From: Octopus bimaculoides
Lineage: Eukaryota
Assembly: GCF_001194135.2 (NCBI RefSeq)
Contig: NC_069004.1
Coordinates: forward strand, 15,881,450 to 15,915,918
DNA length: 34,469 nt
Reading direction: 5' to 3'
Shown here: one piece after another, positions 1 to 11,144 of the stretch
Position numbering within the stretch: the stretch's first letter is position 1
Layout of the letters: each line of letters starts with the position of its first letter
Program-made: the position numbers and the translations under genes
The notes under the pieces: model-generated
What the model was told of the DNA's origin: nothing
Databases searched by the model: none
What the model saw: the letters and a program-made list of their open reading frames with translations, nothing else

Positions 1-790
1 CCTACCCACATACCCCTACCTCTACCCCCACCCTCAGCCTAACCCACACTCCACCCATGTCTTCCCCACCTCCCAACACCCTCACATCACACCACGCACA
101 CACTACAACTGACCAACTCCTTCCTCCCTCCCCATTTTCACACATGCATACGTCAAGATCACCAGCCTTCTCTCTCACACACAGCTCCTCGTTCTTCGAT
201 CACCGTTCTTTTTCCCTCTTTGTTATCTCCCCCTTTTCTTAGCTCTTCTGTGTAAACTTTCTAACTTCCGGCCAGCAGAAGCTATGATAGATCGTTGACC
301 AAACACCATTCAATTTTTTTTCTCCGTGTTTTTCTCCTTGTTTTCTCCGTATTCTTTCTGACAGCGGCGACAACTACCTCCCAACATTTTCTCTGACCAC
401 GTGGACCTGAGAACAAAGATAAGAACTGATGTCGCGTCCAAACTAATAACACCACGTGATCTGAGATAATCAACAAAGACCTAACATCTAGATATCATCT
501 TGAATTTATCTCATTTCCTGTTACCTGATCTCCAAATGCCTGAAGAACGAGGTTTGTTGTACGAACTTACGACACTTTAAATTGCATGTAGCCGAGTCAA
601 ATAACTAGCGGGACCCGTGAATATTTTAATGGTAAACCTGTTGGGCTATTTCTGAAAACTTTATCCAAAAATCCTGAAAGCGTAGCCTGTGTTGAGTCTG
701 TATGGAAAGATAGTCGCTCATTTGCTACTCATTGAAAGTGAAAGAAATTGAAATACGATGATTACTTAATGCTCTTTATATATCTTCTAC

Positions 791-838
791 ACAGTTTTAT
801 AGGCAGTTTTATAGACTGTTTTATAGACAGTTTTATAT
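791..838 (+). repeat. 12-bp minisatellite (ACAGTTTTATAG-like) x4
   Basis: acagttttatag/gcagttttatag/actgttttatag/acagttttatat read directly. Confidence 0.85.
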
Positions 839-1137
839 GCATATATGGGTACAGGACGTCACAAAACGTAAACTACATGAAATACCCAAACAGCATGAAT
901 CATGAAACACGATAACAGCATGAAATACGAAAGCAAACTTGGCTATGCGAACATCGAGAGAAACAAAAGGAAAACCAAACAAGTAACATAAAGAACGACC
1001 CTTCACCAGTTGTTGGCTGTTCATCTACTCCACATTTCGAACAATCAACGACAATATAAGGCTTTGAAAAACAGTTGCTCCCGCGAACCTAAATAAAATT
1101 TGGGATTTGCGGAGGGTCAAAGTTGGTAACAAAAACA
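834..1137 (+). repeat. ~304-bp direct repeat, copy 1 (copy 2 at 2465-2768)
   Basis: Matches 2465-2768 at offset 1631 with about 4 substitutions; explains the twin ORFs starting MNSQQLVKGRSLCY. Confidence 0.95.
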
Positions 1138-2413
1138 CAACACTCATAAAATAAATATTCTTTATTTTTCCATTTTCCCCATAAACAAAAAATATCTCGT
1201 ACATATGATACAACCTTTAGTTAAATTGTATATATCTGCCACGTAAATAAGCGTGAATATTTCACGGAATTGCGCATGCGTTAAGTGACATAAAAAACTT
1301 GGTTCAATTTAAAAAAAAATATGCTTTTCACTATCCATTCACGATCACCACCTCCATCTCCACCACCACCACCTCTCTCCACTTTCTCTCTCCTCTTTCT
1401 CTCTCTCCCCTCTTTCTTTCTCTCTCCCCTCTTTCTTTCTCTCTCNNNNNNNNNNNNNNNNNNNNNNNNNNNNNNNNNNNNNNNNNNNNNNNNNNNNNNN
1501 NNNNNNNNNNNNNNNNNNNNNNNNNNNNNNNNNNNNNNNNNNNNNNNNNNNNNNNNNNNNNNNNNNNNNNNNNNNNNNNNNNNNNNNNNNNNNNNNNNNN
1601 NNNNNNNNNNNNNNNNNNNNNNNNNNNNNNNNNNNNNNNNNNNNNNNNNNNNNNNNNNNNNNNNNNNNNNNNNNNNNNNNNNNNNNNNNNNNNNNNNNNN
1701 NNNNNNNNNNNNNNNNNNNNNNNNNNNNNNNNNNNNNNNNNNNNNNNNNNNNNNNNNNNNNNNNNNNNNNNNNNNNNNNNNNNNNNNNNNNNNNNNNNNN
1801 NNNNNNNNNNNNNNNNNNNNNNNNNNNNNNNNNNNNNNNNNNNNNNNNNNNNNNNNNNNNNNNNNNNNNNNNNNNNNNNNNNNNNNNNNNNNNNNNNNNN
1901 NNNNNNNNNNNNNNNNNNNNNNNNNNNNNNNNNNNNNNNNNNNNNNNNNNNNNNNNNNNNNNNNNNNNNNNNNNNNNNNNNNNNNNNNNNNNNNNNNNNN
2001 NNNNNNNNNNNNNNNNNNNNNNNNNNNNNNNNNNNNNNNNNNNNNNNNNNNNNNNNNNNNNNNNNNNNNNNNNNNNNNNNNNNNNNNNNNNNNNNNNNNN
2101 NNNNNNNNNNNNNNNNNNNNNNNNNNNNNNNNNNNNNNNNNNNNNNNNNNNNNNNNNNNNNNNNNNNNNNNNNNNNNNNNNNNNNNNNNNNNNNNNNNNN
2201 NNNNNNNNNNNNNNNNNNNNNNNNNNNNNNNNNNNNNNNNNNNNNNNNNNNNNNNNNNNNNNNNNNNNNNNNNNNNNNNNNNNNNNNNNNNNNNNNNNNN
2301 NNNNNNNNNNNNNNNNNNNNNNNNNNNNNNNNNNNNNNNNNNNNNNNNNNNNNNNNNNNNNNNNNNNNNNNNNNNNNNNNNNNNNNNNNNNNNNNNNNNN
2401 NNNNNNNNNNNNN

Positions 2414-2464
<51 letters not shown>

Positions 2465-2469
<5 letters not shown>

Positions 2470-2768
2470 GCATATATGGGTACAGGACGTCACAAAACGT
2501 AAACTACATGAAATACCCAAACAGCATGAATCATGAAACACGAAAACAGCATGAAATACGAAAGCAAACTTGGCTATGCGAACATCGAGAGAAACAAATG
2601 GAAAACCAGACAAGTAACATAAAGAACGACCCTTCACCAGTTGTTGGCTGTTCATCTACTCCACATTTCGAACAATCAACGACAATATAAGGCTTTGAAA
2701 AACAGTTGCTCCCGCGAACCTAAATAAAATTTGGGATTCGCGGAGGGTCAAAGTTGGTAACAAAAACA
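2465..2768 (+). repeat. ~304-bp direct repeat, copy 2; runs on into the PLE fragment downstream
   Basis: Offset-1631 match to 834-1137; starts right after (CA)n(TA)n. Confidence 0.95.
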
Positions 2769-2979
2769 GGAGAGTGGAGACCTACAACGAACCAAACGAA
2801 AACAAACACGGAGGGCCGTTAGGCCAGACGAGGTAAGGTCAGCCGCACCCGGACTAACGCCGGCAGCTACATCGCCAACTATACGACCAGTGGTGATAAC
2901 GACGGCGATAACACGCCGGATCATTGCGCCATATCAACTGAGTCAGCAACGGTATTACCAACAGCATCCCCAGCCTATC

Positions 2980-3339
2980 AGAGATATACCAGGAGTGCGA
3001 ATATAGCCACATCCCTAGTCTGTAAATATATTGGATCAGCCAGTACATCTTCCAAACGTTTCTTCCGCAACCACCAGTCGTCCTTCAGAGTCCCAGAAAA
3101 ATGGTTTGTCACGTCCCTGATCCGCCATGTCTGGCACCTCAAAGACCAAGGGACCCCCATGTGATATCAGGTGGAAAATGATAGATCATCCAGGCCCATA
3201 TATTAATACGAAAGGCCGTTGTAAAATCTGCATTGCGGAGAGAGTCAAAATTCTTAAGGACTATACTACACCTGGCGCGTTAAATAGTCGTAAAGAAATT
3301 TTCTCTAAATGTGTCCACTTCAAGCGCTATCTATTGTAA
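2980..3339 (+). pseudogene. Penelope-like element C-terminal GIY-YIG endonuclease, frameshifted
   Basis: Across frames: EIYQ...KYIGSASTSSKRFFRNHQSSF...HVWHLKDQG / DIRWKMI...PYINTKGRCKICIAERVKIL...LNSRKEIFSKCVHFKRYLL*; fits the PLE EN pattern YIG..FK.R..NH..SF, C..C..E and LN.R.E..SKC.H. Confidence 0.85.
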
Positions 3340-3517
3340 AATTGGATCTCCCCATTTGCTGGTAAGGCATTTTCGGGTCTATAAGGGTTGTTTTATCCTC
3401 TGGTTCAGCGGAGACAGCCCGTACTCATTAACGTTTTTATATGTTAAGGCTTAAATCTCGATTTCTGAGCGTTTCCTCACGTCCGCGACGAAGAAAGTTA
3501 AAATTTTTTGTCTTTGT

Positions 3518-3582
3518 ATAGAGTCTGACGAGCTGTCCACAAGGCTTTGGCTTTGTAGATACGAAACCTTTGGTAACTCTAT
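3518..3582 (+). ncRNA. Type I hammerhead ribozyme motif in PLE 3' tail
   Basis: ATAGAGT-CTGACGA-G[c tgtccacaagg ctttgg ctttgtagata]C-GAAA-CC ttt GG-TA-ACTCTAT: perfect 7-bp stem I, intact CUGANGA/GAAA core, G-C closed stem II with ~10 further pairs, short stem III, GUA triplet (cut after 3575). Confidence 0.85.
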
Positions 3583-3654
3583 GTCCAAGATTTTAATTTT
3601 TCTTGAAATAACTATTGCTCTATTCTTTAGAGTGTGTTTCTTTTCTGATATATG

Positions 3655-3670
3655 TTTTATTGACTATGTA

Positions 3671-3710
<40 letters not shown>

Positions 3711-3712
3711 CA
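3655..3712. repeat. (TG)n(TA)n compound microsatellite
   Basis: Direct read. Confidence 0.9.
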
Positions 3713-3859
3713 CACAAATCGTTCTTTTTTTTACTGATCTTTATATATATACGGTTACTATGAGAAATAGATACTCTTAAATGTCCAGACACCTTCATTC
3801 AAGTCACAACACGAGATTTGAATGCAGTGTTTGCGAAGATTAGAAAGATGAGGATTGAG

Positions 3860-4065
3860 CAGTGCTACTGGATATGTAACGTTAGTGTACATGTAACAAG
3901 CTTAAGCTGAGAGAAAAAGAGGAACGCAAGAGCAATCAGATGTAAGGTACAAAAGGAAAGACTGCCTTGAGTAGGTCGTGTAATGCGTATGGAGAGAACA
4001 AATGCATAAAGAAGTGCAAGGAATTCGAAGTGGATGGAACTTGAAGCGAGAGGTCTAGACCTCCC
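3860..4065 (+). pseudogene. RTE-clade LINE C-terminal fragment
   Basis: Broken frames give WICNVSVH..LREK..RAIRCKVQKERL..GRVMRME..CIKKCKEFEVDGT..G.RP, typical of the RTE post-RT region. Confidence 0.7.
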
Positions 4066-5269
4066 GCTTTCAAGGTTAAATCACTTTTGAATAAATGTAT
4101 CATTTTTCTCCTGCCGTTGACCATCTCTATGACACTATCACGCTAAACACGCTCTCAGTTCGTCTGTCTATCTGTCTGTTTCTGTCTGTCTGTCTCTGTC
4201 TGTCTGTCTGTCTGTCTCTTCCATTACCCTCATCAGCACTGTCACTTCTATAACTACCTCCCTTATCACACCCAATAACTCTTTTCTTCCATTCATACTT
4301 TTACCTTCCTCTCTATTCATCTGTTGTGACCACCATTTTAATACGGGTTCTTTATTTTAGCAAGATATAAACATCAACACTAGTGTTGGTGTCACGATAA
4401 AATACTCCTAGTACACTCCTCAGAGTGTATGGCGAATCGAGAAGTGACAATGGTGGGTCTAGAAGCCTCTTTTGTCATACCGAATGCACGACGACTTCTC
4501 TAGCGCTGGTACCATCATGAAATGCAAGCGGTACACTCTATAAAGCACTGGCATGCATTGGAGGGTCATCATGTTCATACCAATTCGTATTCAGAGTTGC
4601 TGCCCAACTAGACGGTTTGAAGGGCAACGTCTCGAACAGACTTTGGTTGGATGTTCGTCCTAGCACCAAACACTTCACAGGGAGTATTGGTTTCAATTTA
4701 ATGGTAGCATCTGCACCATTGAAGTTGTTTGAGGTCTCACTAATCTACAAGTGTTTCTTTTCGTTCACTCAACATGATCAATAAGGTGAATTGAAGGGAG
4801 AAAGGGGGTCGAGAGTACGATGAGATCAGAGAATAGTGATTGCAGTGAAAGGAAGGTGGAGAAGTAAGTTACGAAAGACATACAGTGCTGGGGCCAAAAT
4901 TTGACTTGACAGAGTGTGGTGGTACAGTGTATAGGAGAGGTGAGTGCAGAAGGGTGGAAGGGTGAGAGACCGAAAGATTTTTGATTGACTGTTTTGAGAG
5001 AATCACAAGACAATTATAATATATTGAACATGAGAGAGAAAGAATGAAGGAGAATAAGTTGAGAGACACAGAGAGAGTAACAAATGGATTATAATAGAGA
5101 AGATTTCAAAGAGCAGATGGGCAATTAACAGGTAAGTATTGGGCAATAGTCTTAGGTGTATGTTGGGGAAGCAACTGATTGAGGTTCAACAGGGATATAC
5201 TGGGCAATCGACCTATATATAGGTATATACACCTTCCAGTCTTCATCGCTATCATACTTTTAATGTTCG

Positions 5270-5385
5270 CTACGTCATGCTTGCACGAATTAACGAGTTT
5301 ACTCCAGCACATCATGTCACCAGCGATCGTGATCCTTTTCTCATCTTCTTCTGAATTTCAGCATCCTGAGATCAGCCTTCACCAC
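5270..5385 (-). pseudogene. RTE-clade LINE extreme 3' end
   Basis: Minus strand reads KVVKADLRMLKF..KDHDRW*HDVLE*TR, matching the RTE terminal motif W..VV..DL..L.....DR..WR..VLE. Confidence 0.65.
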
Positions 5386-5714
5386 TTTGCCCATAGCAAG
5401 GGGCAATATTAAAAACCTGCGCGCACGCACACATATCTTTATTTATGTAAGGAACAATGACATAAATATTCAGCAAATTAAGGCAATGATGCAAGCCATA
5501 TGCATTAGATCTTCCCGTGGGTAAAAGCAACATACAAATATGAGTGTGTGTGTGTGTGTGTGTGTGTAAAACAGGGACAGAAAATTCCTTGCAAGACGAA
5601 AAACAAATATCACAAATAGCACCAATGAGTGATTCAAAGACAGAAAATTCACTTAAAAAAGTTTACTCTTAAAAATTGAAAACAAATTCAAGCCCTTCTT
5701 TTCAAAAAGAAGTG

Positions 5715-5910
5715 AACGGGAGACAGCAGGGCTATGGAAAACATGAAAAAACGAATCATAAAAATTTATATACATTTCTGAAAAAGAATCAGCTTTAGTA
5801 AATTACAGAATAAGACCATTGTTCCTGAGAAATAGTTCACTGACTGCAGACCCCAAAAGAATATGTGAAATACTGAAGGAACAATTCGAATGTGTTTTCA
5901 CCTCCCCCAA
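5715..5910 (+). pseudogene. CR1/L2/Jockey-like LINE ORF2 inter-domain fragment
   Basis: IRPLFLRNSSLTADPKRICEILKEQFECVFTSP resembles the conserved D....E.L..QF.SVFT motif between APE and RT. Confidence 0.55.
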
Positions 5911-5979
5911 TGGGATACTGCCAAAAAAATCAGCCACAAGAGTTCTCCATCACTGTTACTCTCTTTCTTATATGTATGC

Positions 5980-6106
5980 CTATACATACATATACATACA
6001 TACATACATACATACATACATACATACACACACACACATATATGGGTATGTTTATATATATATATAATTATATATACATACATACATACATACATACATA
6101 CATACA
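5980..6106. repeat. (TACA)n/(CA)n/(TA)n microsatellite abutting a gap
   Basis: Direct read. Confidence 0.9.
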
Positions 6107-7344
6107 NNNNNNNNNNNNNNNNNNNNNNNNNNNNNNNNNNNNNNNNNNNNNNNNNNNNNNNNNNNNNNNNNNNNNNNNNNNNNNNNNNNNNNNNNNNNNN
6201 NNNNNNNNNNNNNNNNNNNNNNNNNNNNNNNNNNNNNNNNNNNNNNNNNNNNNNNNNNNNNNNNNNNNNNNNNNNNNNNNNNNNNNNNNNNNNNNNNNNN
6301 NNNNNNNNNNNNNNNNNNNNNNNNNNNNNNNNNNNNNNNNNNNNNNNNNNNNNNNNNNNNNNNNNNNNNNNNNNNNNNNNNNNNNNNNNNNNNNNNNNNN
6401 NNNNNNNNNNNNNNNNNNNNNNNNNNNNNNNNNNNNNNNNNNNNNNNNNNNNNNNNNNNNNNNNNNNNNNNNNNNNNNNNNNNNNNNNNNNNNNNNNNNN
6501 NNNNNNNNNNNNNNNNNNNNNNNNNNNNNNNNNNNNNNNNNNNNNNNNNNNNNNNNNNNNNNNNNNNNNNNNNNNNNNNNNNNNNNNNNNNNNNNNNNNN
6601 NNNNNNNNNNNNNNNNNNNNNNNNNNNNNNNNNNNNNNNNNNNNNNNNNNNNNNNNNNNNNNNNNNNNNNNNNNNNNNNNNNNNNNNNNNNNNNNNNNNN
6701 NNNNNNNNNNNNNNNNNNNNNNNNNNNNNNNNNNNNNNNNNNNNNNNNNNNNNNNNNNNNNNNNNNNNNNNNNNNNNNNNNNNNNNNNNNNNNNNNNNNN
6801 NNNNNNNNNNNNNNNNNNNNNNNNNNNNNNNNNNNNNNNNNNNNNNNNNNNNNNNNNNNNNNNNNNNNNNNNNNNNNNNNNNNNNNNNNNNNNNNNNNNN
6901 NNNNNNNNNNNNNNNNNNNNNNNNNNNNNNNNNNNNNNNNNNNNNNNNNNNNNNNNNNNNNNNNNNNNNNNNNNNNNNNNNNNNNNNNNNNNNNNNNNNN
7001 NNNNNNNNNNNNNNNNNNNNNNNNNNNNNNNNNNNNNNNNNNNNNNNNNNNNNNNNNNNNNNNNNNNNNNNNNNNNNNNNNNNNNNNNNNNNNNNNNNNN
7101 TATAACAGTAATAATATTTGTCTCTTATTAAGAAACAAAAACGTTTTTATTGGCCTGCAAAAGAAGTGCTCAAATATAAATGAGACAAGGATAGAAAAGC
7201 ATTAGTGATAGAATAAAAACATTACGTTCGGGTCAACGACTTGACATAGCAACACCCCCCAAACAATCAATCATTACATTACAGTCTTACAGTGACAGCG
7301 ACAACAGTGTACGTTATCTGCTTATCAAGTTATCGCTTATCGTT

Positions 7345-7814
7345 ATGGAAGGTGAAGACGTTTTTGTTCGGCGTGAGGATGACGGGCTTGTTGAGGAGAC
7401 TGCAACGGCTGTAGGTGAGGCAAAGGTTGCTCAAGTTGAGAGCCAGAAGTCTCAGAACCTGTGGCCCCACCTGGAGGACTACTTTGTCCTTACGTCAAGG
7501 GATAAGAGAAACACCAAAATCCTGTACTTCTGGTGCGTCATGTGCCAACCCAAGGAGACCACCATCAAGGAACAGGTGGCAAGCCTCTACAACTTGAAGT
7601 TGCATGCCATCCAGTTTGAGGAGAGGACCAAAGCCGGCTTTTCCCGTGAGAAACACAATCTTCTTGTAGCAATGCCAGTAGCCAGTCGTTGCAGCCATGT
7701 GCAAAGAAAACACGCCAGCCCAGCAATGGCGGTGTGTTTGCCCAAACCGCTGACACTGGCGTGCGTCAGTCTATGATAGACAGAAGGATTGTAGACCTGT
7801 TTGTCGACAACATA
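7345..7814 (+). pseudogene. hAT-type transposase N-terminus with BED-like zinc finger, frameshifted, cut by gap
   Basis: LWPHLEDYF...WCVMCQPKETTIKEQVASLYNLKLH (BED W..F..CxxC..NLK.H pattern), then second frame VRQSMIDRRIVDLFVDN typical of the hAT post-BED helix; locally GC-richer. Confidence 0.65.
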
Positions 7815-8123
7815 NNNNNNNNNNNNNNNNNNNNNNNNNNNNNNNNNNNNNNNNNNNNNNNNNNNNNNNNNNNNNNNNNNNNNNNNNNNNNNNNNNNNNN
7901 NNNNNNNNNNNNNNNNNNNNNNNNNNNNNNNNNNNNNNNNNNNNNNNNNNNNNNNNNNNNNNNNNNNNNNNNNNNNNNNNNNNNNNNNNNNNNNNNNNNN
8001 NNNNNNNNNNNNNNNNNNNNNNNNNNNNNNNNNNNNNNNNNNNNNNNNNNNNNNNNNNNNNNNNNNNNNNNNNNNNNNNNNNNNNNNNNNNNNNNNNNNN
8101 NNNNNNNNNNNNNNNNNNNNNNN

Positions 8124-8147
8124 ATACATACATACATACATACATAC

Positions 8148-8180
<33 letters not shown>

Positions 8181-8218
8181 CATACATACATACATACATA
8201 CATACATACATACATACA
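8124..8218. repeat. (TACA)n(GATA)n(TACA)n compound microsatellite
   Basis: Direct read. Confidence 0.9.
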
Positions 8219-8716
8219 AAAATACCATATTGATATTGAAATTCCAATATATATTCCACTCATGATTAAGTCTGCACAGTCAAAAAAAAAACAGTCTTTA
8301 ATGAAATAACGAATAAACGACCTTAAGTTCTGTACGTTTCAATTTCCGACCATCATTTCATCCCTCATCTCGTTTATTAATCCCCCGCCAACGCGTTACC
8401 TATCAAGGTAGTGTCACTATTTTCAAAAGTTTAATAACAAGGCTTTAAATTATAAGATATATTTCCATGAATTTAGAATGGATTTCATATTCAGTGTAAT
8501 GATACACTTTTATAAGCTAATGAATGCTATGAAAATCATTTCGCCATTAATCAATAAATAAAGAGGTATTAGCTATTAAAGTTTGAAAATTTGGGGTAAT
8601 TTTAGCTAATCGTAAGTCACAGACACATTCATACCTGTTTCCATAGTAACAAGCGGAATATGAGAACTCTTTTGTCTGCGACAACTATATTGAAATCACT
8701 TGTTGATGCTGTATTG

Positions 8717-8816
8717 TGCTGTTTTATCCACCTGGAAATTTTACTTATCTGTTGACAAATATATTGAAAGCACTTGTTATGCTGTTTTATCCATCTGGAA
8801 ATTTTACCGATCTGTT
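8717..8816 (+). repeat. 37-bp direct repeat, period 63
   Basis: tgctgttttatccacctggaaattttacttatctgtt (8717-8753) vs tgctgttttatccatctggaaattttaccgatctgtt (8780-8816). Confidence 0.9.
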
Positions 8817-9258
8817 TTTGATGATGGAGTACCCCATATTCAGGCATACTCGCCTATCACTTGGGATATCCTAGAAACAGCTGTAAGACCTCAACTAATT
8901 TAAGAATAATAATGTATATGACTTGAGGCACTTATTATGCCTTGACGTTTGTTGTCCTCTTTCACAAATATATATACTTATAGTTCATAGATGAGATCCA
9001 GATATTCTCCGTATAGAAGACACTTAGTAGTGCTCAAAAGATTCAAACTCCGATTTTTTTACAGGGGATCATTTCACAAGGTAAAGAAAAGCTATAAGAG
9101 GGATCATGTTGAGTGGGTATAGAAGCAATTACGGGGAAAAGCAAATTGGACACATCAAATACATTAAATATATTAAATACATCAAATACAAAATATGTAT
9201 ATATGTATACATGCAACTGAGAGAAAGCAAAAAGTAGAAGCTCTCAGATGATGGCTCT

Positions 9259-9308
9259 GTGGTAAGAAGCTTACTTCCCATCACATGGTTCTGGGTTCAG
9301 TCCCACTG
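9259..9308 (+). mobile_element. tRNA-derived SINE 5' fragment (same family as 31141-31537)
   Basis: gtggtaagaagcttacttcccatcacatggttctgggttcagtcccactg aligns to the head of the 31141 copy. Confidence 0.75.
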
Positions 9309-10863
9309 GGCCAGATAATAGATAAAAACGGACGAAACTGGATTCATCCAGAGCAACTGCGATAAGAAGTATGCCCACGCCGAATAATGTGCCTATGCTA
9401 CAAGCATTTTTGGGATTAGTAAATTACTACCAAATTTATGTTCTCAATATACACAATGCAAGGGCGCCGCTAAATGATTTTTAAAAAAAAATGTAAAATG
9501 GTGCTGGATTGGTAAATGCCAGAAGGCATTTGACGAATTAAAAAACATTGCAAGTGATTACGGTGTAGGTGCAGTGCTTCTGCACAAAGATGACACTGGG
9601 AGTAAAAAGACTATAGCTCATGCGTCACAATCGTTATTACCAGCAGAAAAGAACTACAGCCAAATAGAAAAGGAAGCGTTAGCAATTATATTCGGTATAA
9701 AAAATTTCATAGATTTATTCATGGAAGAAGTTTCTGTCTACAAACAGATCATCGCCTACTACTGTTGATATACGGTTCTAAAAACAGAATACCAACACAC
9801 AGTGAACAGACTACTGTGATGGGGGACTACATTATTGAATTATGATTTCAAAATGGAATATTTATCGTCAAAGAAACTAGGGCATACGGATGGTTTGTCC
9901 AGACTAATACCGAAAGACTGCGAGCCATTCGAAGATACTGTAATCGCAGAAATAGATCAGTAATAGAAAAAAAAATGTAATGTGGAATGTGGTATGCGAC
10001 TTACCAATGACTCTAGAAGACATAAAACGAAATGCGGAAAAGGACAAATTTATAACAGAAATGAAAAGAATATTGTGGACAAGAAAAGTAAATAGGAACA
10101 GGATTAGTGCGAAACGAAATCTAGACGTGAAACTATACGTAACTTGTGATAGTGTACTGATGTATGCACAGAGAGTAATAATACCTGAAACAGTGCAAAC
10201 GAAAATGTTGAGGGAATTCCATGCTGGACATCCTGGTATTTCGAGGATGAAAGCTTTAATGCGTAGCCACGTGTACTGTCCAAAAATGGATAATGAAATT
10301 GAAAATTTAGTGAAAGGCTGTTGAGGATGTGCTCTAGCAACAAAATTACCGACGATAAAAAGTGAACCTTGCTCAAAAGTAGATGTTCCATGGTCGAGAC
10401 TACACATTGATTTCGCAGGTCCCTCAAACCGTTCATACTACTTAGTGGTAGTAGATAGTTTCTCTAAATGACCAGAAATTAGCAAGTGTAAAAAGCCAAC
10501 TTCCCCAGCGACGACAAGCTTTCTACATGAGCTGTTTGCGAGATTTGGTGTCCTATAGGGTCTGATAATGGAACGCAATTTGTGTCTTTTGAGTTTAAAA
10601 AGTTTTCTAAAACGTTCGCTGCAGAATATATAACTACAGCTCCACACCATCACAGATCTAACGGACAAACAGAACGCTTTGTCGATGCATTCAAGAGAGC
10701 CCTTAGAAAGTCGAATAAGGAAGTCACGAATGAGGTAGCTCTACAACAATTCTTAAGACTATAACGAGTGACACCAAATCCAAACACAGCAGCAGGTATG
10801 TCCCCAGCGGAACTGATTGCGAGGAAAATAAAATCAGTCTTCGACAAATTGCTACCTGGTAAG
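9306..10863 (+). pseudogene. Ty3/Gypsy (Mag/K02A2.6-like) element A, pol: RT end, RNase H, zinc-finger and integrase core; 5'-truncated
   Basis: LGQIIDKNG..MPTPNNVPMLQAFLGLVNYY; IAHASQSLLPAEKNYSQIEKEALAIIFG (RNase H); LREFHAGHPGISRMKALMRSHVYCPKMDNEIENLVKGC (HHCC); PWSRLHIDFAG, SDNGTQF, APHHHRSNGQTERFVDAFKRAL (rve); stops and frameshifts. Confidence 0.95.
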
Positions 10864-11074
10864 TGTTGTGACGAGAGTTACGACACCCCCTTGCAAAAGA
10901 TAGACTGGTCCGAGCAAAGTATAGACAGTAACGATCCGAGTGAAGCTTGTGTTAGTTAGCAGTGCAGTCGGAAGGTTAGTTCACAAGGAATATTGATTGT
11001 TGGTTCGTAAAGAGATTTCTTAGTTCATTATATTGTTGTTCACTGTTGTCTAGTTATCAAATTAGGTTACAATA
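10864..11074 (+). repeat. 5' LTR of element B
   Basis: TGTTG...CAATA; colinear with 13804-14028 (~80-85% by eye); followed by TGATGAC (decayed TGGCGACGAGG PBS, complementary to the tRNA-Ser(GCT) 3' end). Confidence 0.9.
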
Positions 11075-11144
11075 TCTGATGACAATGTTTTCGAAGCTCA
11101 CGTAGGTTATTTAACAATTTGTTCGTGACACAACTTTTTAAACA

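Noticed and set aside
530-580. Possible hammerhead: CCTGAAGAACGAGG...GTACGAAC after a pyrimidine-rich, PLE-tail-like region
   Set aside because: GAAA is replaced by GAAC and no convincing stem I or III; at best a dead relic.
2625-2645. CCCTTCACCAG (minus CTGGTGAAGGG) in the 304-bp repeat
   Set aside because: Core is mutated and there is no GAAAC partner on that strand.
1281-2690. Long ORFs of 350-460 aa in the ORF track (also near 5890-7205, 7587-8263, 22766-23532, 28079-29433)
   Set aside because: They run through N-gaps (about 1446-2413, 6107-7100, 7815-8123, 21706-21806, 22884-23350, 28229-29194) and dinucleotide repeats; artefacts.
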